Source: Bacteroidaceae bacterium (lineage in GTDB: Bacteria; Bacteroidota; Bacteroidia; Bacteroidales; Bacteroidaceae). From it: a stretch of DNA of 64,000 nucleotides. Below, piece by piece: positions 19,401-28,400 of the stretch. The position numbers were made by a program, and so were the translations under genes. Below the pieces are notes generated by a model that searched no databases, was not told the origin of the DNA, and saw only the letters and a list, made by a program, of their open reading frames with translations. The number at the start of each line of letters is the position of its first letter. Within the stretch, counting starts at the first letter, position 1. The stretch is taken from NCBI GenBank assembly GCA_017940565.1, contig JAGAYH010000021.1:8363-72362 (forward strand), read 5' to 3'.

Positions 19401-22400
19401 TTCTCTTCCCCATGAATCGCCAAACCTTATCCATGCCACGGCACGGCCGCCTCCGGCATCGCCGAAGTGGATGTCATCGTCATCGTTCCACGACTCAATG
19501 GTCGGCACGGTCAAAGCAATTTCGCGCTTATTCTCCAGCCCTTCGGTGGTGTAGGCGAGACGGGTGGTGTTTATCTTCTTGTTATCATCGCCAGCTATAT
19601 TTGAGTTATAGGCGTCTTCATCTACATCCCACTCGCCAATAGCGTAACTGATGGTTCCGTCGGAGATAGAATAACCCACCTCAAAGTCGTCACCATAGCG
19701 GTCTTTCATCTGTTCGGTCAGCCACTCGTCACGCTCGGAAGCATCCATGCCGTCAAGTTCATCGCCTGCAAGTCTGATTTCCGTATCTATCTGCTCCTGC
19801 AATTCTTCGAGACTGTGACCGCGGGCAATGTTTTCTTGAATCTCTCTCTCCGTTGCAGAGAGTATATCTACATTCTCGCTATAGTTCACCTCCTCAATCT
19901 GAATCTGGTTTTGGTCGATGAAGTCGAGCACTTCCTGCTTGGTGAGGCTCTTTTTGTCCTGACCCTTCAGCCAGTCGGACAGACCGAGCCACTTGTCCTC
20001 ACCGGCCTTCAGGCCGCCCTGCTTCTGCAACATGGCCAGCCATTGTTCCGGCGTGGCTTTCTCCTGTCTGATACCCTCCACGGCACGGCGGGCATTGCTC
20101 ACAAAGACGGCCTGAGATACGTTGGCTTTCTGATATTTCGCATTTTTTTCGTCGTTTTCTATCGCTATCTCGGCATCTCTTCGTATCTTTGCAGCGTCGA
20201 AGGACGAGATAACGGTTACTGCATTTGCTCTTGCGGCTTCTGTTCCGTTCGTAACATTTGCAGGTTTAGACGTGGTATGCAGGGGGCGTTCATTAGAACG
20301 AGCATCTGCACCTCGTGAAGACAAAGTAGCCCACATGGTTATGGTATCCATATCATCAGGGCTATTTTTTTGCTCTTTTTCAACGACAAGAACAACACCA
20401 TTTTGAAGGCGTTTTTCAAAACGTATAGATTCCCTGCCATCGCTACTTGCACTACCTGGAATCACATTATCCGGAGCGGTCATAATATACGGGGCGAGTT
20501 TGAAATCTTCATCACGAAGAGGGATGCTGTTCTGGTCAATTTTCATGCCGCCGACACCATGGTTGTTCTTACTGTGTATTATACCGTTGGCATAGATGTT
20601 ATGGGTGTCAAAATCTCTACCCATTGCACGGCGCACCTTTCTTTGTGTTGACAGAGGCAATTCTATCTCCACGCGTTGGTCATTGTGCTTACCAGAGAGA
20701 CTCTCTTCAATAAATCGCTCTGCCTCTTGCAGGGCGTTCAGTCGCTTTTGCAGGCGCACACCTTCTCCATTCGCCATGTCCAGCACGCGCTGGCCTTCCT
20801 CCCAGTCGGTGGAGGTGGGAATACCGATGGCATTGAAGTGGTCGGCCATATACGCCGTCTCCTCACGCTCTTCCTGAGTGGCAGGACGGACGTCTTCGGA
20901 ACTGGTGAGTTGGTACTGGGGTTCATTCACCGCATTATAGTCCACCTCCGGCTCACCAAGCAAACCGCTCTCGGAGGCGCTGTGACCGATGTGCATCACT
21001 TCCAGGAACGGAGCTTGCAGCTGTTTCATACGCAGTGACAACCGCGACAAGCGCTTGTCATCCTCCTTCGTGTAGTCATAGTTCCCGTATAAGATGCCGC
21101 GTACGCCACCGCACTGGTGCACGTAACCGGCCAACAATTCGCCGGCCTCCGCGTACGATTTTATCTCGCTGAGTTTCGTCCACGGCAGGAAGACGTTGGC
21201 CACCACGCGCATGTCCTGCGTAACGACCAACAGACTCATCTTCTTGTGCTCACCCAAGCGGTGACTGCTGACAAACTGCGCCACTTTCAGGCTGCTGTCG
21301 ACCTTGAACGCCTCGGCGGGGTTCCAGTCGGGAGCGAACACCTGCTTGCTGAACTGATATACCTTGATGGGTATTTCGTTACCGGTTGCTTGCGGCATCT
21401 CTTCTTCGACACTATAGGTCTCATACGACGTTTCTATACTCTCAAACTCGCCGTAGTTGCCACTGGTGGTGTCGATGATGATTCCCTGTTGCACGACATC
21501 CTCGCCGAAGGCTCGCTTGATATGGTTGAGCACTTCCTGGTCTTGGCGGGACGCTTTTAAGTTACCGCTCGGATGGTTGTGTACGAAATAGACGGTATCG
21601 GGTTTTAGCGCCTGATAGGCCACAAACGCGGTCTCGAAGGGTGCCGCCGTCTTATTGTAACTGCCCATGCCCAGATGCACTATCGTGGGACGGCCGTCCT
21701 TCAACAACACGAGGAAGGCGTTTTCTACCGAGGCGGTCTCCAGTTGCTTGAAGATAAAGGCCACGTCTTCGGCACTTTCTATCTTCTCCTTGCCGGTGAA
21801 GTTAAACTGCCCGGTCTCTTCATAGACGCGCTCCACACGGCACGTCTCACCGGGCTCCAGCTTGCGCAGGCGCAGCGTGGTCGGGTCGAAAGCCTCCACG
21901 GCGTTCTTCTGCTCTTCGTACTGCTGCTTGGCAGCTTCACGCTCGGCTTCACGCTGGGCTTCCATCTCCTCGTCGTAACGCTCGGTTTCCAAGAAGTCGA
22001 TGTACGGCGTCAGGGCATCCATCTGCGCCCGCAGGGCGGTGCGCTCGTCCGTGGCATAGCCGCCGTTCAACCAGCGGCGCGACACATCGCCATACATACC
22101 GTAGGCATCGTCCAGACTGGTATTGCTCTGCTCCAACTGCTGGGCATAGGCCAACTGGGCATCGTCGTATTCCTGCTCGTGACGGCGGTCATATTCGTCG
22201 GCGTAGAAGTCGCGGTCATTGGCACCGCTCTCACCGATACGGTCTAACAACTGCGCGTCGCTCATCCCGCCGATTTCATCCGCCAACGCCTGCCCGCTGG
22301 CACGGTTGGCACTGTTGTTGCCGTTGCCTCTCTCACTCTCGAACAAACTCTGATAAACGACTTGTTGCCCGTCCAGCGTATTGTATATTGTCTGCGGTTC

Positions 22401-25400
22401 TTGCAGCATGACATTGCCTTCCGGCTTGATGCCCTCCTCAAAGTAGCGGTCAATGTCGGCCAATACTCTTTGCGGACGGACACCTTCATATTCCACATAG
22501 TGGTCGCTGTCCCAACCGTCACCGAAGTCCACGGACACATCGCCGTCGTTTCTCTGAATGAGGCGGCGCAAAACCTCGCGCTGTTCCGGGGTCGGCTTGA
22601 CGGCAAGGTTGATGGTGCCGGCATTGTCGTCTATACGTATGCCTCCACGCTTTATAAAGTCGGGCATGTCTGTTTCTATGCCTGTTTCTATTTCATTGCC
22701 GTCATTATCGTATTTATAGGCTATTGTGCTTATCACGCGGTGGTCGGTAGCCCTGCTACCTCGGATAGCGGAGTCATCAGCGCCAAATAATTCATGCCTG
22801 CCGCTAAAGTCCAGCATCGTGCCGTCGGGTAATACATAGCCGGCTTCCCGGATATCGTATGTGCGACCGAACTTCTCCTTGGCGGCGTTGAATATTTCTT
22901 CGCTCTCTGCATTAAAGGCTATTTCCGGCTCGCCCGAGAATAAATTTCGCTCCGGAAGTTTGGGGTTTTCAAAACTTTCTATTACCTTTGCAGCAGATTG
23001 AAGCTCTTGGTTAGATTGAGCCCCTGCAATTGGAGCAGGAACGCTGATGTAATCAAGGGCTTTTTCTTTGTTTGCATAAAGTAATTTTTGGCTGTTTATC
23101 CAACGGACTACGTTATTGTTGTCCTTCCCGTAAACCGATGTGATGATATTAAAATCAACATCATGTCCGCCCTTGCCGACGGTTAAAGTGGCAAGTACGT
23201 TGTTTCCGTTTATCTGAAGTTCCGTGAGGATGGCGAAGCTGCCTTTTTGCGAGCCTTCAAAAACGGCTATGGGGTTACTGATGGCCTGCGGAAGATTCTT
23301 TATGTCGTGATAATCGTAGCCATGTTTTTTTGCTTTCGATATTAACTTGGCACCGTAGAGGCGGATAGGCTTGTTCTCTATGCCACACGACAAAAGAATA
23401 TCATTCGGTCTGCCGCAGTCCAACTGAACTTCCCGCGCGTTTTCCTCTGTCAGACTTTCCAATTCCTCATTAAACCGTTCATTGGCTGTGTTTTTATTAT
23501 AAGCCATATCCGGTTCTCCAACCATGTCCGAGCCGGACATGTCGTAATAATAAGAGGTGGCTTCGTCGGGTATGCGGTTCATGGGCATAACCAGGGCGGT
23601 GCCGTTGGCGTTGGCGGAGACGACGGCACGGTCGTTGCCTTTATACTGGAACTCCGTCGTGCCAAGATAAGTGCCGGCGGCGGCCATGCGCTCCAGACGG
23701 CTCAGGTCAAACAGCGCTATCTCGCCGTTCGGCAGGCGTACCTGTACGGTGGCATTCGCCGTGTACGCACGGAAGGAGGTTTTGTCCAAGTCGCCGCGCT
23801 CACGCAGTTCGTCATATTCCACCTTCATCTTGGCACGCACGCCGGCGATGAAGCCGAGCAGGTCGTTCCAATCTACTGAGACACGCTGGCCGCCCGTGGG
23901 AATGACGGCTTTCCAGTTGGGGTACGGCACGTTTATCTCCATACCCTTGCCGGCCACCGTGGGGATATTGCGTTCGGCGATGACCTTACCTTCTTTCGTA
24001 GGATCGTAACGCTGCTTGTCGGCTATCAATACAAAACCGTCCGTGGTGACGGCATAACCGTCGGGGTCGTAATAAGTACCGCCAAGTGCGGCGTGCGTGC
24101 TGTCTTTCGAGGCGAAATCGCTGGCCTTGAACTTGGCCACGGCCTTGCCATGGGGGATGCTGCCTTGCGCCTCCAAACCTTCGGCGAAGCGGTCGGCTTC
24201 GGTCTTGGCAACTTTACGGCGGCGTTCCTCGTCCTCGACGAAGATAGGGAGTTCTACCAACTGATGCTCTTCACCGTAAGCGGAAATCGCATTGAGCTCT
24301 TCCTGTGACAACGACGACAACAAGGGTATTATTCGGCGGCGCAGCTCGGACATTTGCTCGTCCAATGCACGCAACCGCTGCCGGTTCTCGCTGTCGTCAA
24401 TTTCGTTGGATAACCACGCCTGATGAAGAGCATCCCGCTCGTCGGACTGCCGCTCCAGGTCGGCCACCAAGGGCGCCACAGAGGCAGGCAGGTTGCCGGA
24501 TTGGGCACGGCCTACTTCTCGCCCTTCACCTGTTCCCGTGCCCAGAGACCCATCACTATCGATGCGATTTCCACGTTCCGCGTTGTGTGGTGACGGGCCA
24601 TCTGCTGTTGTATCACGCTCTCCGGCGGGAGATTCCTGTTCGCCTTGCACCACTGCAGGGCCTTCGCCAGTTCTTCCCGGTACTGCTCCTTCGTCAGACT
24701 GCGCTGCCACGCGATGGCTTTCTGTAATTCTTCTCTCATTGTCTTCTTGTTCGTATTGTTCTGCAAATATACTAATAACTTCGTCATAATACCGGCTGTC
24801 TTCCTCGGCTTTTTGATAGCAATAATCGCTATAGTCCTGCCATTCGTCGATATCCTCGAAACCCTGACCTATTGCCCAGTTGTTGGCCTGGTCGCGTTCA
24901 GCCTCGTCATATTGGCGCTGCATGTCGCTGTGACGCTCTTCGGCTTCGCGCATCATACTCTCCTTACGGTTGTGCGAACGCAACACGTCCAACACCACGC
25001 CAAAGGCGTCGGAAGCCTGCTCGCTGCCGATGTCGTCAATGGGCAGGCCGTTGTCGTTACGCTCCTCACGGTAGCCCTGCCACAGTTCCTCGGCCAGCTG
25101 CTCGGGATAGAACGCGCCGTTCTTCTTCGTACCTAACAGCCAGATATACTGACGACGCTCCGACTCGCTCTGACCGGTCAGGTGAGCACCGAGACCACGG
25201 GTACCGGTAACGGGGTCGTCGCCCCATATCACCTTCAAACCCCTGCCGGAGGCGGCAAGCGTGCGCTCCACGTAATCGTAGAAGTCCAGGTAATCACCCA
25301 GCGCACGCTCACGCTGCTGCATCGGTGTCAGCGACGCCTTGCGCCGGTTGGACCGCGGGCGACCGTCAATTACCGTACCGCTATTGCCATTACCTCCCTC

Positions 25401-28400
25401 ATTTTCTTGCCCGTTTATTTGGCCGGTATCGGGAGTATTTGTAATTTTGCTTTCAGAAGAGATGCTTTGAGGAGTTATTCCCGAGCCCTCTGTCGCAGTC
25501 TCGGCTTTTAATGGCTGCACATAGTCCAAACCTTGCCCCTCAGCCGAAGAGGTAGTCGCATCTTTCGGAGTGCGCCAAATGACATCTCCTTCAGTTAAAA
25601 GCCGCAGCAGTTTGTTGCGGTTTTTTTCTTGATTAGACACAACAACTTCACGGCCGTCCTTACTTACTGTTACCGATGTGAAATAGTAATAACGGGAGCC
25701 GTCGGCTTTGGTAAACGCTTTTACAAAAATGTATGAAGAATTACGCTCTGTAATCTGCCCCTCGTTGGCTTCACTCGGCGTTTCTATAACCACATCAGGA
25801 TTTTCAAGTGTAGGCTTAATCATCCCAAGTTTGCCTTCGCGGCCCTTACGCATAAGTTTGGTGAACTGGTTTTCACCCATCTTCACTTCACCTATAGGTG
25901 TATTCACGATACCGTCTTCTCCGAACAAAGCATCCCAATTCTCTATAGTTAATTCTACTTCGGGCGCTTCCGCTGCACGATTTTCCATTTCAGAGACAAA
26001 AGAAATAGCATCGTTTGGACTTAATTTTTCTTGCCGCTGCTCTGGCTCTTCGTTGGGATTAGCCCCATTAACCCCAGTTTGCCCATCCGAGGAAACAAGC
26101 GGTTGCCCGCCCTCGCCATTGGCACTATCGGCACTATTGATACTATTGATACTATCCTCTACCGCCTTTGTCTCTTCTTCGCGGAGGTAACCTCTCACTT
26201 CATCAGCTGACAAACTGAAGGTTTCTTCGGGATTGTCGGCGGAGCGCACAATGACATCATTTCCTTCCACACGGTCAATCACGGCTCGCGCTTCCTCGCC
26301 GGCGGCGGAAATTGTAAATTCACGCCCAGGCGTAAGCGCCGTGTTATCTATCCAGTCATTGACACGCTGGGAATATTCATCCACGGCCTGATTAAAGGCG
26401 GCGGCCAACAGGTCATCCACTGGTTGCACCTCTCCGATGGTCTTGATGTCACGCGTCGATACTTGACGGTTCTGACCGGCGGCGTCGGTCACCATTACTG
26501 TACCGTATTCATTCTCGGGGTCTCCACTGCGCAGATAGACACGCGAACCGTCAGCCAGTTCCATTTCCACAACGGTATTCTCCTCCGTGGCACGGCTCGC
26601 TATCTCGGCCCTTATCTGGTCTCGCTGTGGTCCCATCTCCGTCACGGCCGACTCGATGCCCCGCATACGCTCGTTGGCAGCAGACAAGGCTTCCACGGCC
26701 GAACGCTGCTCGGCAGTCAGCTCATTCTCGTGCGAAGCAATAAAGGCGTCCAAGTCAGCGTCACTATTGACGGCCGCCGTCAACTCATCCGCCAAAACAC
26801 TGTCACCGAAGGCACGCGCCACACGGGCCTCGGCAATACGGCTCTCACGACCGGCAAGAGCCACGGCCTGCCCATCATCGTTAGCCAAGGCATCACGCAT
26901 CAACGCAACACCTTCTCCACGATAGTCTGGCCGCTCTGGGGCTTCACTCGGCACTTCAGGGGCACCGCCATCAATAATCCTATTATTACCTTCCAATCCC
27001 GTTTCTTCCTGAGATGGACCTTCAATCTGTTTGCGGGTGAACTGCTCCGGACGGACGCGTTCGCGACCGAGGATGTTGTCTTGGAGGGTGGCTACATAAT
27101 CTTCTACCAACGCTTGCTCGTCGGTGCTGCGCTCACGTTTTTCAAGAATGGTTTTTAATTTACCATGCTCCAACCCGTGACGGCTTTCAAAATCCATGAC
27201 GATATCTTGCAGCGCACCGCTCTCGCCCGCCATTTTACCAAGCAGTTTCATGGTAGCATCTACAGATTGCTGCTCGTCTTTAGACAACGATTCGCCACGA
27301 GACATTTTCTCGAGGCCGGAACGGAAGGATTCATTGTTTTTGAGTACCCACTGCTCTTCCTCTGTCAACGCTTCGCCTCGGCTTTCTTTGTCCCTTAGCG
27401 CACTGATATATTCTTCTGACATGCCGGCTGCCCAACCGTCCTTTAACGCGGCAGCATCCCAACGGTTGGTGATATCGTCGGCAACCACTCGTTTCTCCAA
27501 GGCATCTATTTGGTTTAGCTGAACCTGCCACGTTTCACGTTGAACGGTGGCGGAGGCATCTTCTGAAGATTTGGCAGCTTGACGGTCTATTACACGGCCA
27601 TCTCTGTCTAACCATTCTACATAATGTTTCCCGTCGGTTTCAACGGCGCGGACAGCGGTCGCAGTGTTCAATCCGCGGCGGTAGTCACCGGTCAACAGGG
27701 CATACCACTTGCGAGCCTCCTTTTCAGTGATAGCACCCTCATCATAAAGTAGGTCTAACTGATGCAGACCGTTGGTGACATCCCTGTCTTCTGGCTTCAA
27801 GGCATTCACATCCGTAACATCAGAGCGTGACGGACGGCCGGCAAGTTCTTGGCTTGGGTCGGCTAACTTCACGGCAATATCGGTCAAGCGATCACCAAAA
27901 CCTAAATCACGCATCTTTGCTACATCACTTGGCGTGATTTCATAATTTTCCCGGAAATATTGGTTTTTCTTGGCGGCATTACGACTGGCGATAAAACCTG
28001 GTACGTCTAAGGTGGCAAACATGGCCACATTCTTCAGGTAGTTTTGCCCTAACTCGGACCACGACATCGGTTTGCCGTTCTCATCGTAGTATTCCAGAGC
28101 GCCGACTCCCGTCATACCGGCAGCATTGGTGGCGATGCTTGCTCCTTTACCGGCTAAAGAGGATGCAAGACCATGACCGAACCTGTTCGTGATATAATGC
28201 TCGGGGATGGCTCCGGCGCCAAACAGCGCACCGCCTGCAGCTCCCCAACCCATGTCCGTAAACATACGGCCAATAATATCTGTGGGACCAACCGTCGGTT
28301 CTTGGTGCTCTGTTCCGCTCATGGCATCCAAGGAGCGGGTACTCTCGGCACCAGTTGGCTGTGTTAATGTGTTGACGGGTGATGTGGCAAAACCGTGCAG

